From Octopus vulgaris (Eukaryota): 64,000 nucleotides of DNA. A model generated the notes under the pieces. It did no database searches and was not told the DNA's origin. It worked only from the letters and a program-made list of their open reading frames with translations. Below, piece after piece: positions 33,566 through 47,291 of this stretch (the stretch's first letter is position 1; each line of letters starts with the position of its first letter). A program made the position numbers and the translations under genes. The stretch is from positions 119,040,001 through 119,104,000 of the forward strand of contig OX597815.1 in assembly GCA_951406725.2 (NCBI GenBank), in the 5' to 3' direction.

Positions 33566-36185
33566 TTTCCTCTACCACCCCTTATTCACCCCATCACTCT
33601 CGTTAAGCTAGCCTGCCTGCATCGCCTCCTACACCCCAGAGTTAATGTTGTTCACTCAGCTACCCCCTCTACCTCCAGCGCCATTCTTCCCTCACCCCTC
33701 CTCGTCTGAATTCTAATTCTAATGCTGACCCCACTGATACTGCCAGTTCACCCTCAAGCTGTGTTCTCTGCATCCGCACAAGCCGCTAATTGAAGCCCAT
33801 CAAATGCCACTTGTGTAGTCTAAGTTACCACAGGAGCTGCGTCGCCATTACTAAGGTTCAAGCTGAAAAGTTTTCTTTCTGGACATGCAACCGATATCAC
33901 TTCAAATCTGACATCCTTAGTTGGAAAGAATCTTAGTCTGAAGTCCAAATCCCTGTTGAAAATGTTGTCGCTGCTTTCCAAGGTTTGTCCAAGCTGAAGC
34001 TCGCCAATCGGATCCCTAAAGGTGCTCGAACTTGTTTCGCCCGTGTTCTCTTGAAACTGCTGAAAAACGTCTGCCTATCCAACAGCAGAAACTGTTTCTC
34101 TTCCCTTTGGTCCCCCTTCATGTAACGAATGAGAATAGGGGATCCCTCGCTTCTCTAAAACGGCAGTTCGAGCTGTTCGAATCTACCCTAACCCCTATTC
34201 ATCTCAGGTCGGTCATCAGCTCAACCCCGAACAATGGTCAACCACCTAACTTAAAGAATTTTGCATTAAAGGGTCTGTTCGTCTTCTTTCTTTTGTTCTC
34301 CCTCAACCCGTGTACCACAGACTCCCTCAACTAACTGAAGGAGAAACATCCTCCGGCCCCTCCAGTTGATCAACTACACTGGTCCGACCCATCTTTTCTA
34401 CACCCTTGACAATGTCAGAAGAGCAACTGACTCTTTTGCAGTAGGTTCTGGCGCTGGGATCGATGGCTTACGACCGCCACATCTCAAGGATGATATCTCC
34501 CTGTCAGCTGGTGATGCTGGGCTCGAACTCTTGGAGAACTTAACACAGTCTTTAAACTTATTCTCGTCCGAGAGTGTCCTTGCCTATATTCGTCCCCTGT
34601 TTTTTTGGGGACAACTATTTGATCTCATCAACCCCAACAGTGACATCCACCCCATAGCAGTTGGTTGTACTCTGCGTCGGTTCACAGCAAAAGTGTACCT
34701 ATACTCAGTTCCTAACTGCCTGACCGAGGAATTTTCTCCTACTCAGCTAAGAGTGGGTACTAAGCTAAGTTGCGAGGCCGCTGCTCATGCCACCAGGGCT
34801 TTCATCAACTTGCCCTCTGAGTCCCCAATGGTCATCCTCAATCTTGACCTTAAGAATGCTTTTAGCTTAATCTGTTGAGAAGTCATCATCCGCGCAGTAA
34901 GGGAGAATTCCCCACCACTCCATTGGAGCCCCAATCACTGACTTAGCTTCCGAGTTAATCTTTAGATCCAAAATTGTTAACCTCGAACAACTTTTTAAAA
35001 GCCTTGAAGTAATTGAGCTCCACCAAAGTTTTTTTTATACTTAGGAATTACCTGCCAGTTCCTAAGCTATTATATTTTCTGAGAGATAGTCCCTCTTACA
35101 GATTCCTATCGTCCCGCCAATACTTTGACGACCTAATCTTCAGGAAACTCAAATGCTAGATCACTGTCAAACTCTCCCAAGACTCCCGCGACCAAGCTGC
35201 TTTGCCCAAGCGGTTTAGGGTCTAGGTCTGCGCAAGTGCTCGCCTTTATCTCTTTCCTGTTTTTTTTTCTTCCACCCACGCTTGCTCCCCTTTGGTTGGC
35301 AACATTCTCTTCTCTCCAACATGGACTAATTCCAACAGAGAGACGGATGAAGCTCTATCACAGTGGAACGGACTGGGGTTGTCAGTTCCGGTTGCAGTGG
35401 AGGATAGACGGAAACAGAGTATAGGACAATCTGCATTCAGGTGCCTCTTTTAACTCTCTCCTTAATCAATCTGATCAATTTTCAAGGTGTCACCTACTTC
35501 CAGCTAGTGCAAAATTCTCAGGGAACTGGATTGATGCCCTGCTTGTGGCCAACATTGGTGATCTATTCAGTCTAGATGAACTCCACATCTCCATCGCACT
35601 CAGAGTGGGAGCTGACGTCTGTAGGAGACTGAGATGCTGCTGTGGTAGGCCCCACGATCCCACAAGTATTCACAGTCCGTCTTGCCGCCTAAATGCTGAT
35701 CACTTCGCTTGTCACACGAGCTAAACTTAATCCTTAAGCGGGCCCTGGCTCATATTAATATTCCTTCAGTTCTGGAGCCGTCGGGGTTATTAAGAAGTGA
35801 TGGAAAGACCAGATGGTTTTACCCTCTTTCCTTGGGTTAGAGGTAGGTGCCTCATTTGGGACTCCACAGCCTGCGACTCCTTTGCTCCCACCCACATCCT
35901 GGATGCTGCAGTTAATGGAAGGGTCAGTGCTTCTGTAGCCGAATGAAAGGAAAACCCTGAAGTATCGGGACCTGACAGTGAACTACCTCTCTCAACCTGT
36001 AGCGTTTGAAACTTTCGGAGGGACTAGGCTACTAACCGCGAAGTTCTTGTCATCGTTGGCAGCTCGCCTCACCGAGGTGTCAGGTGATGCCTGTGAGGGC
36101 GCTTGGCTTTCCCAACACCTTAGCCTCGCAATCGCCCGTGGTAATGCTGCGAGGGCGCTGGCTTGCTTCAAAAGGTTCCGTTAAA
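33566..36185 (+). mobile_element. Decayed CRE-clade non-LTR retrotransposon with N-terminal PHD finger and RLE
   Basis: GSGAGIDGLRPPHLKD, HPIAVGCTLRRFTAK, QLRVG..SCEAAAHATR and LDLKNAF. C-terminal EPSGLLRSDG.RPDG.TLFPW..GRCLIWD and PVAFETFG..LSLAIARGNA. PHD-like C..C..C..C..H..C..WTC at about 33760-33895. Confidence 0.85.
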
Positions 36186-37419
36186 CCTTGTGGTGTGCGA
36201 CCAGTTGCTGTGATGAAAGAAAATTCCCCACAAATAGTTTCAATACAGTTTTGACAGAAGGATTTGGAACAGTTGGATGAGGATTCTCTGGTGATTTTCT
36301 CTCATGTAAATAAATGTTTGTGTTAATTTTAAAATATTGGTTTGCAAGCTACTATATTATGACTAGTTAAAATAGCGCTTTCCACAATGAGCATGAGGCC
36401 AGTAATATCAGGGGCCAGGGTAAGTCGATTACATCGACTCTAGAATTTAACTGGTACCTATTTTATCAACCTCAGAGGATGAAAGGTTAAGTCGACATCA
36501 GCGGAATTTGAATTAAAAACAATAGACGGACAAAATGCGATTAAGCTTTTCCTTTAGCGGGTCCGGTGTACTGTTGAAAAATAAACGAAAGAATCTCGTT
36601 TCTAAATCGTTTAAAAGCCACACACTTGACGTCAGTGATTCTAAAATGGTTGTATTCTGTTCAGTAAAAAAGTCACAGATTACTAGTTTCTTATTGGCTA
36701 AAATAATGCATGTGACACTTATGAATTAGAAAATTGTCATGGACTCAGTTTAACAAAATGTGTATTTATTGTTTGTTAAAGAATAAATGTGAATATTTAA
36801 TAAACAAAAGAATTATACATGACTATTTTTAACATTTAAAACGTGCACTTAACCACTGTATTATTTAACTTAATAGAAAGAAAGAAAGAAAGAAAGAAAG
36901 ACGAAGGAAGGATGTAAGAAACAAACATTCACAGGCTACTAGTTTCTGATTGGCTGAAATAACAAGCCCGGCCAAATAGTGAAATCAAACTTGTCGTCTG
37001 CTAAGTTTACTAAACCATTTCATTTTTGTAATTGTATGTTGATTTGTCTCCAATAACAAACACTGCTTTCTTATTTATTTACTCGTCAATTGGTTAACTA
37101 TGTAACCAACTAATTAATCGATTGTTTGCTTAATGGCATATATGCCCTCCCCATTTAAAACTTATTTATCTCTATATACATTGCTATCGACATAAAATCT
37201 GTACATCGTCAATTTTTGAAGAACGAGTGTTGTTTAACTACTTTGAATTATTGTCCCACTAGAGTGAAACGTGGTAGAGACAATAATTAAAAAAAAAGAA
37301 ACAGGAGAGAAAGATGATAAATTGGATTCTACTGGAAAGTATCTTAAAATATTGTGGCAGCAATAGCATCAACTCTTAAGAGTTAACCACATTTAAGAAG
37401 CAAATATACTTCACGATTA

Positions 37420-37995
37420 TTTAAGAAATATATAAGAATTATATTTAGAATAAATTTTGTTTAGATTATTTATGGGGTTAATTGGTAGCAATTAAATAAT
37501 AAATCAATGGTACAATTGTGTTCCAGCCCAACGGTTGTGGTCATGCTGGGGCAATGCCAATTACTTAAATTTATTTTAAGGTTAAATTATTAGCAATTAA
37601 TAATTACGGAAAACGTGCAATTTAGAATTTAGTAATTTCAAAATTTATCCTTTGGACTAATTATTAACAATTAATAATCAGTTAAAAAACTGATAGAATT
37701 TATAATTAAATATTGCTTAAATTTATTTTTAGGGTAATTTATTTGCAGTTAATAAATACAGGAAACGTGCAATTTACTATTAAATATTACTTAAATTTAA
37801 AAATTAAGACTTAGAATTTAAAATTGAATATAGAGTTTTAAATTATTTTTAGAGTTTAGCAGTTTATACGGGAAACGTGCAATTTAGAATTAAATATTGT
37901 TTAAATTTACCTTCCAAATTAATTAATAGCAATTAATAAATAAGATACAGTATTTAGAATAAAATATTATAGAATATAGAATTATATATTGCATT
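37420..37995. repeat. AT-rich degenerate tandem repeat upstream of LETMD1
   Basis: Recurring blocks aaatttatttta.g.ttaa..tagcaattaataa and GAAACGTGCAATTT-like motifs (about 37610, 37762, 37873). Confidence 0.6.
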
Positions 37996-38802
37996 TATTA
38001 GCAATATATAAAACAAAGATGTTTTATGTAACACATTCTACCAGTATACGAAGTTTAAAAGTGTTTAGTTACAAAGAAATTATTTTAAAAATCTGCCAGT
38101 CAAAGCGAAAAGATCCGCAATTCGTAAATAAGGTAATCGTAAAGTTCTAAATAGGCTTCAAAGAACGAAAATATCAATAACGAAAATAAAGTAAATGATG
38201 TCCACACCGTTCAAATAGTACCTTATATCCTAGATACACCACATGAAGTTGTCCTCCTAACGACTTGATAGTTGCGCAATTAGAACTCTACGCTGTATAA
38301 GACCGTAACATTCAAAAAGAGCTATAATGAAAATAACTAATATGGTAACTCTATACAGAGGTTATTTGTCTGAATAAATAAAATAGCTACGCTGTAATAG
38401 TTTTAGTAAAGAGGAAAAAAAAAAGAAACGAAACGACGTTCCAGCCAGGTAATTACTGGAACGCTTAAATATTCCCATAAAATACTCTAGATGTGAATGA
38501 ATGAAATTATGACTAAAAGTGCGAAGATTAGAAATTCTCAGACAAATAGTTCCCGGTACCGGACTAAAATATTTAAGGCAATTAGTTTGCGTTTACACCG
38601 TATTTATAGTTTTACTTAGAAACACTTCATTTGTCAGCGGACGCTGATTCCATAATATATTCTTTGAGGAATTTACTTTTCGTACAACAACACAAAACAA
38701 ATGTGTTCAAACAATTTAATAACTTCATTCTTTTCAAACATGATATTAACACACTTATAATACTCGGAATTTTAAATACTTGTTTGTATTTTCCTACCAA
38801 CG

Positions 38803-38948
38803 ATGGTGTGTTTTGGGCCGAAAGTTTTCTTAGTTCGACTCTTTGGTGCACCTTCTTGGTACCACAACGTGATTCAGTTTCGATTAAAATCAGTATCTGT
38901 CACTCCAGCTCCTGCCCAATGGACTGTAACAACAATAACAAAACGCTG
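38803..38948 (+). CDS. LETMD1: LETMD1 exon 1 (mitochondrial presequence MVCFGPKVFLVRLFGAPSW...TITKRW)
   Basis: ATG in context aacgATGg, |gtaagt donor; phase 2 matches exon 2; no acidic residues. Confidence 0.75.
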
Positions 38949-41900
38949 GTAAGTAATATATAGGTTGTGTAACAAAATGTGCTATATTTAATTGCTTTTT
39001 TTTCACCAACCGGCCTTAGTACTTTAGGAATATAAATGTGTTGTATTTAATAACATAACAAGGTTGTATCTCAGAAATCGATGAGCTGGTTATGCTTCTT
39101 ACACGTTGTTATATTTATAGGGACAATGAATTGGATTGTGTAACATCCGTGCCTCTCTCAAATGTACAGGAAATCTAAGTGAATTGAAAATGTCTCGCCG
39201 GTAACTTGTACGGCAATCTGCACGTTACGCTTATTAGCAATGTTTATATCGTTTAATTTTATTTTCAGGCAAATATTCAATACTTTTGGGTACTCTCTGT
39301 AATGCGATTGTTCGGCTTGCCAGAAATAGCTCACAAATCTTCAAATCATCTAACCTTTTTTTAAAAAAGGAAGGTCACATTGGACATTGTATTTGGATAC
39401 GTTGTATTTAAATAGTGGACAGGATCGTCTACTATTTAAATACCTTTGATCATAGATCTTTTCGAAAAGGGATGACTTAGGGCTAAACAGCAACTGGATG
39501 TAACATTTTCGTTTAATTAACTAATTTGTATACAAACCCCAACATCTTTATTGCTACAATTCGAATCAATTTATACGATCGCTATATAGAAATGACGCTT
39601 TAACGCAAAATGTATAAAAGATGATATAGCCTTCGATGAAAACCAAAAATTTTCCCAGTTTACTAGTTTTCTTAACTACAACATCGAACCAGTTTTTGTG
39701 TATATAGAGATAATTACATTTCTTTTTACATCTAGACATATTAGGTTAACTTTTATGACTGACGAAACTTTGTAAAATCTATACTAATTATATTCTGTCA
39801 GTTTTCTACAGTTCTCGGCAATCTCTTTTACTGAGCTTTTTTAATATTAAAATATTTATCATGAACACACACGTAATACATACATAATAACATACATACA
39901 TACAAAAAATACCCTGTTGATGTTGAAATTTCAATGAAGGGCCCTTGGATCTACGTTAGAAATCGGACCTTTCTTAATTGGCAAGAAATCTTGAAATAAA
40001 ACTGAATAACAACATACATACGTACATCTGAAATGTTACCAGATTCTAATAATGGAACACAGACTACAGTAATCTGCTGGTTTAAAAACATTTGACTCCA
40101 TTTACAAATAAGCATGGCTCTAAGCTCACCCAGTCTGACGTTGCTGATTGCTATTCATCTTTCCACTTATACTCATCTGCACTCAAGTTTTCACCAGATG
40201 CTAGATCACAAAAGACCTAAACATAAAAATTTTTATGCATGCAAAATGTCTCTTTTATAGAGATTCTGACAACAAACCTTAGACTCTGAGTTTATCAGAG
40301 AAACAGCCCTCTAATACTGAGCAATACACTGTTACTGGATAGCTCAAACTTTTTCATTCCATGCAAATAATCTTTGACAATCTCGTGTGAAAATTACACC
40401 TATTATCTATCCTTGGTGAAGTTTCATCTCCAGAAAAAAAATATGGCACACCTTTACAGGATACTCTCTAAACACAGATTTTTTACAGACCAGCAAACTT
40501 TTTGTGATACCAGTGACTTGTTGTTGCTATTGTTTGTTCCTTCTCAAGCCATGCCTGGCTCATAAGGGCCAGTTTCCCAGTTTCATTGGGGTATAGGTTC
40601 CCCATCTGGATGGGATACTGGTCCATCACAGGTGAGCTGCTAGATGCAGGAGGAAAGAGTGAGAGAAAGTTGTGGTGTAAGAGTTAGCAGAAGTTTTCCA
40701 TTACCTTCTGCTGGAGCTGCGTGGAGATTAGGTGTTTCGCTCATAAACACACACATCGCCCAGTCTGAGATTTGAACCCACGATCCCTTGATCATGAGTC
40801 TGCTGCTCTAACCACTAGGCCATGTACCTCCACAGTGACTATATTATGCACTGTTTATTATTTGTTGAAACAAATTTAGTGACAAATGGGTGCACAGCAT
40901 TGACAAAACCCCAAGTATGGCAAAACACATCTGATGTTCTTATGAGTCTTTACAGCAATGATGTTCACCTCACTTTAATACATGTATTGTGCTTGTAACA
41001 TTACATGTCTATGAAGAGATTTTAACTCAGACAAAATCCACAGCATCATGACTTTCAGTGGTGTATATACATTTAGTATAATAAATAGATGGTGATATTA
41101 ATTTAGATCTATTTCAATTGCATCTATTGAGTTTTTGCAGCCCAACAAACTTTCTGCTATACCAATGGATGTATTACTCACTGTTTCTTATATATCAGAG
41201 TATGAATTTCATCTTAGCAAGTAACAAACAGGTACATGGCATTGACAAGTTTCAAGTAAAATGAAATGCATCTGCCATTCTTGTGAGTTACTGTTGTGGC
41301 AATTTTAGGCTTGATCTGATATTTGTATTTTTAAAACAATATGTTTATGACAAGATTCTTTCTCAGACAGTATTTTACTGCTCTATGCCTTTCAGTGGTG
41401 TAAATACATTTAATATGATACACAGATGGTCATTTTAGTTTAATGCTGTTTCAGTTGCACACGTTGAATTTTTTTACAGCTTAGAATGCTTTCTACTATA
41501 CTAGTGAATTTATTATACACCATTTCATCATCATCATCATCATCATTTAGCGTCCGCTTTCCATGCTAGCATGGATTGAACGGTTCAACTGGGGTCTGGG
41601 AAGCCAGAAGGCTGCACCAGGCCCAGTCTGATCTGGCAATGTTTCTACGGCTGGATGCCCTTCCTAAGGCCAACCACTCCGTGTACTTTTTACGTGCTAC
41701 TGGCATAGGTGCCAGACGGGGCTGGCAAACGGCCATGGTCGGATGGAGCTTTTTATGTGCCACCGGCACGAAGGCCAGTCGGGGCGGCGCTGGTAACGGC
41801 CACGATCGGATAGTTCGCTTACGTACCACCAGCACTGGTATCACAGCTGCAATTTCCATTGATGTTGATCGACTATATATTTCCTATATACCAAAGCACA

Positions 41901-42004
41901 AGTTTCATCTTAGCAAGTGACAAACAGGTACACAATATTGACAGACCTCAAGAGGATGAACCATGTCTGTTGTTCTTGTGAGTGTCTATAACAATAGTTG
42001 CCTC

Positions 42005-42036
<32 letters not shown>

Positions 42037-43744
42037 TGTGTCTTTAACACATCATATCTATGAAGAGATTCACTCTCAGACAAACACTACCACATCATCA
42101 TAACTATCAACAATGTATATACATTTACTATGAGAGAAGATGGTAATATATTCTTTTACTTGTTTCAGTCAGTAGATTGCAGCCTTGTCAAGGCACCTGC
42201 TTGAAGATTGTCTTGTCAAACGATTTGGCCCCCAGTCCCTCTTTTTTTAAAGCTTGGTGCTTATTTTATAAGTCACTTTTTGCTAGATGACTAAGTTATG
42301 GGAACATCAACAAAATAACACTGGTTGTCAAGTAGTGGTGGGGGAAAAGCACAAACACACATATATGCACACTTATATATATAAATATATATATTTGGTC
42401 ATCCCATTAATAAAATCAGAAGGGGACAGGATACCTGCATCAACTTGCTATAAAAGCAGGTAGTAATTTTACATTGTCCTTATTCTTAGTGCAAGTTTTG
42501 CAGCATGCAGCTTGATTTTAACAGTATTTTTCAAAGCTATAATGGAAGTGACAAAGGAGCATATTAAGCATATTTTGATTTATGAGTTCAATAAAGGCAA
42601 CAATGCAACGGAAAGTGTGAGGAATATTAATGCAGTATATGGAGATCAGACATGAAATTAACCTTTTTTGGACCAAATAGTGACTGGTGACGAGAAAGGG
42701 GTTCTCTACAAAAATGTCCCAAAGGCAGTGGGTAGGGAAAGGAGAACGACTAGCACCCAGGCTAAAGAAGGTCTTCATCCACATAAAGTGTTGTTATCTG
42801 TTTTGGTGGGATATGAAAGGTTAAGTCCACTTTGAACTTTTAAACATAATCCAAACAGTATCAATGGAGATCTACTGTGAGCAGCTTAAGTCAGCACTAG
42901 AAGAAAAATGACCATCTTTGGTTTCAAGGTGAAAGGTGTTCTTCCATCAGGATGATGCTTGGCCACATACAGTGAGGATGACATTCCAAAGGGTGGAGCA
43001 GTTTGAATGGGAAACGATGCCCCACCTGCCATATTCACTGGACAGGGACCCATCTGATTACATTTATTTCGCATTCTTCAAAATCATTTGGACAGAAAAC
43101 ATATGAATTCTGTAGCTGAGGTCAGAACAGTACTGGAGGAGTACTTTTTGTCACAGACAAGTGAATTTTGGAAGAGAGGCCTTGCAAATCTACCAGATAG
43201 ATGGGAGTGCATTGTAGAAAATGAAGGAGAGTATGTTTTATATTAAAAAAGCACTTTATCTTAATTTTGAAAAATGAAAGAAGTATAAAAAAAACCGCAT
43301 TATTTATGGGATAACCCTTTATATATACATACATATATATGTATCTCTCTCTCTCCCTCTCTTTTACTCTTTTACTTGTTTCAGTCATTTGACTGCGGCC
43401 ATGCTGGAGCACCGCCTTTAATCGAGCAACTCGACCCCGGGACTTATTCTTTGTAAGCCCAGTACTTATTCTATCGGTCTCTTTTTGCCGAACTGCTAAG
43501 TGACGGGGACATAAACACACCAGTATTGGTTGTCAAGCAATGCTAGGAGGACAAACACACACACACACATATATATATATATACGACGGGCTTCTTTCAG
43601 TTTCCATCTACCAAATCCACTCACAAGGGTTTGGTTGGCCCGAGGCTATAGCAGAGGACACATGCCCAAGGTGCCACGCAGTGGGACTGAACCCGGAACC
43701 ATGTGGTTGGTAAACAAGCTACTTACCACACAGCCACTCCTGCG

Positions 43745-43796
<52 letters not shown>

Positions 43797-46700
43797 TATA
43801 TATATATGTATGTGATGGGCTTCATTCAGTTTTTGTCTACCAAATCTACTGACAAGGCTTTGGTTGGCCTGAGGCTTCAGTAGAAGGTACTTGCCCAAGG
43901 GGCCTCACAGTGGAACTGAACCTGGAGCCACGTGGTTGGAAGGCAAACTTTTTAGCAAACACCCATGCCTGCACCAGAAAAAATGCGCACATACACACAC
44001 TTTGTACTTTATTCAAGATGTGTCAGACCAGCAGGCAATCTTTTACTCACCTACAAACTAATCTATTATTAAGTTTTCTCTGATATTTCATCAGCAGCTG
44101 CCTGCTTGAGTTTGCCAAAGCTTCCTTCAGACCCATTCAATGCTCTCTTTCCACACCTATTGTGAGTTCCCACCTAATCCAGGTCTTCTTCAATAACAAT
44201 TTATACTTATAGAATATTTTCTTTAACATACACACATGTGTATGCACACATACATACTTGCATGCATACACACACTCACACACAAAAATGCATGTGTGCA
44301 TGTATATATATATATACATACTCACACATAAATATACATATATGTATATGTGTGTATGTATCATCATCATCATCATCATCTTCGTTTAACGTCCGCTTTC
44401 CATGCTAGCATGGGTTGGACGGTTCAACTGGGGTCTGGGAAGCCCGAAGGCTGCACCAGGCCAGTCAGATGTGGCAGTGTTTCTACAGCTGGATGCCCTT
44501 CCTAACGCCAACCACTCCAAGAGTGTAGTGGGTGATTTTATGTGCCACCGACACAGGTGCCAGATACATATATATATGTGTACGTGTGTTTGTGTATATA
44601 TATATATATATATATATATAAGTATATGTGTGTGTGTGTGTATATATATATGTGTGTATATAAACCGTCCAACCCATGCTAGCATGGAGAACGGACGTTA
44701 AACGATGATGATGATGTATGTATATGTGTGTGATGGTGTGAATTTTTACAAATGTCATTGTTTGTGGCTGAGCTATAAAACAGTTATTATTTCTTTGGAA
44801 TAAAAGAAATCTCTTACTTGAAAAACAAGAATTGGGACAAGTATCAGACTGCTGACTCTTGCCTCAAACAACTCCCTGTTTAACCCATGTGAGGATGGAA
44901 GAAATGGACAATAAGCAAAAAAAGAAAAAAATTTTAATTTTAGATATGGACATTAAAATTGGTTAAGTTCTAGTATCATATTCTTGGGTTCTAACCTAAT
45001 ATTGCAAGCAGAGGAGATACTCTTTTAATTCTGGCAATCAATTTTCTCATGTATTTTTATAGATAATATTCTTTTCTACTCTAGGTACAAGGCTTGAAAT
45101 TTTGGAGGGAGGGGGGGCAGCCGATTAGATCGACCCCAGTACACAACTGGTACTTAATTTCTTGACCCCGGAAAGATGAAAGGCAAAGTTGACCTTGGTG
45201 GAATTTGAACTCAGAATGTAAAGACAGACAAAATACCACTAAGCTCACCGCCTTATTTTTATAGATAATATTGACACCAACATTGTGTTATGCTTTTAAT
45301 TATTTGTCAGACCCTTTCAACAGGCAATTGGTATTTAAAGACTTCTTTAAAATTATTCTAGAACAATCTTTAAATTAAACTGAATTCCTGCACCTGCATC
45401 TCAGTATTTGCCTAATGTTTGTTTTCTGCATCTTGATACCCGTTTTCTGTTAAATTCTGATTAAATAATCTGGTCATTGCATAGATTGAATAATTTTGGA
45501 CCAGTTTAGTAATAATGAATAGAAAATTAACAGAGCAGAACAACACACAAGTAAGTGGAATTAGTGTCAAGAGACTGTCTAGTAGCTTTCATCACCCAGG
45601 ATTAATAAAAGTAATAGTGTACTGGGTAAGTGATAAAATATTGAATTATGTGTAGTATATGGAGTTTGTAACCACTCAATGACTTAGTGCTGTTCAGTTG
45701 TTTGTGACACGAAGCTGCTTTCACCATGTCTACAGAATTAGCTTTCTGTTTTAATTTGTGTGAGTATTGCTTTACCTGCTTCAGAGTTAATGAAGTTAGA
45801 TAAACTTAATACTTTCTCTTACTAATTTAGAATTAGAATTAATTAGAAGCTATACTAAAGAAGCCTAGGTTCTATATTCTTATTTTCTGAATAGCAAGAT
45901 GGTTTCTATTACTCAACAAATTACTTTTATTCATATGGAGTTAATTAAGAGAGCTGTGTAACAAAGAAAGGCTAGGTGAGAAGACTTCACAAAGTAGTGC
46001 AATATAGACTCTTGCTATTGAATAAACCCAAGCTTAGTTCTCTATTCAAATACTGCTTTGAAATTGCTGTCTTTGGAATTTTAATACTTTGAATTATTGT
46101 TGTTACTAATCCTTACTTTGCAGATATTTGGGAAAATGAGTGGTCTTTTTTTTCTCTTTTAAGAACTAAAAATAGAAGAGAAGTTGTACATTTTTTAATA
46201 AAGTTTACTTCATTTATTGTTTATTTTAATATATTCTGTATGAAGTTAAATTGTTGCTACTGATAGTCAAATGAAAGTTTTACTCGAGGAAAATGACAAG
46301 ATAATTCTTGAATTATGGCACAGTTCCAACAAGGTGTAAAATTTAAAAAAATAACCGTCTGTTGGTGAGAGTTTTACTTTATGTCATAGAAAATGTCAAT
46401 TTGCTACTGCAGCAATTACTGTGAACCAGACAAAATGTAAGCTAGGAAAAATACTTGTAAAGAACACCTTATTTTAATTACTGTCTGTCTAATTAAAAAT
46501 AAACTTATTACTATAGATGCAGGCATGACTGTGTGGTAAGCAGCTTGCTTCCCAACCACATGGTTCTGGGTTCAGTCTCACTATGTGGCAGCTTGAGCAA
46601 GTGCCTCAGTGTGTGGATTTGGTAGATGCAAAGTGAAAAAAGCTTGTCATACATAGAGTAGGAGCACTCCGTCGGTTACGACTATGAGGGTCCCAGCTGA

Positions 46701-47237
46701 AACGATCAATGGACCAGCTAGCTCATGAAATTAACGCACAAGTGGCTGAACACTCCACAGACATGTGTACCCTTCACATAGCTCTCAAGGAGATTCAGCA
46801 TGGAACAGAGTGCGACACCTTTGAAATACAGGTACTACTCATTTTCACCAACTGAGTGGACTGGAGCAACTTGAAATAAAGCGTCTTGCTCAAGGACACA
46901 ACATGTTGCTGGGAATTGAACTCACGACCTTACAATCATGAGCCGAATGCCTTAACCATTAAGCCACGCACCATCACAGTCATATATATATTCTTATTTT
47001 TATTTATTTATTTATCCATATGATTGTAATTAATAAATAGATCTAATTGATGTTTTTGTAAGCTGATACTTGTCAACTAATTATCTTCTCCGTTTTCTTC
47101 TTTGCCTTATAAATTCTGGCTAAACTTCTGTTTACCCCTACTCGTACCTATTATTCAATTGTGCTATTGCCTTACAACAGTATATAGGATATTTATTATC
47201 CCTTAGATGGTTGTTTAACCCCCAACTCATATAGACG

Positions 47238-47291
<54 letters not shown>

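Noticed and set aside
38627-38963. Overlapping ORFs suggesting a divergent gene at the LETMD1 start
   Set aside because: They have no recognisable motifs, and no downstream minus-strand exons were found.
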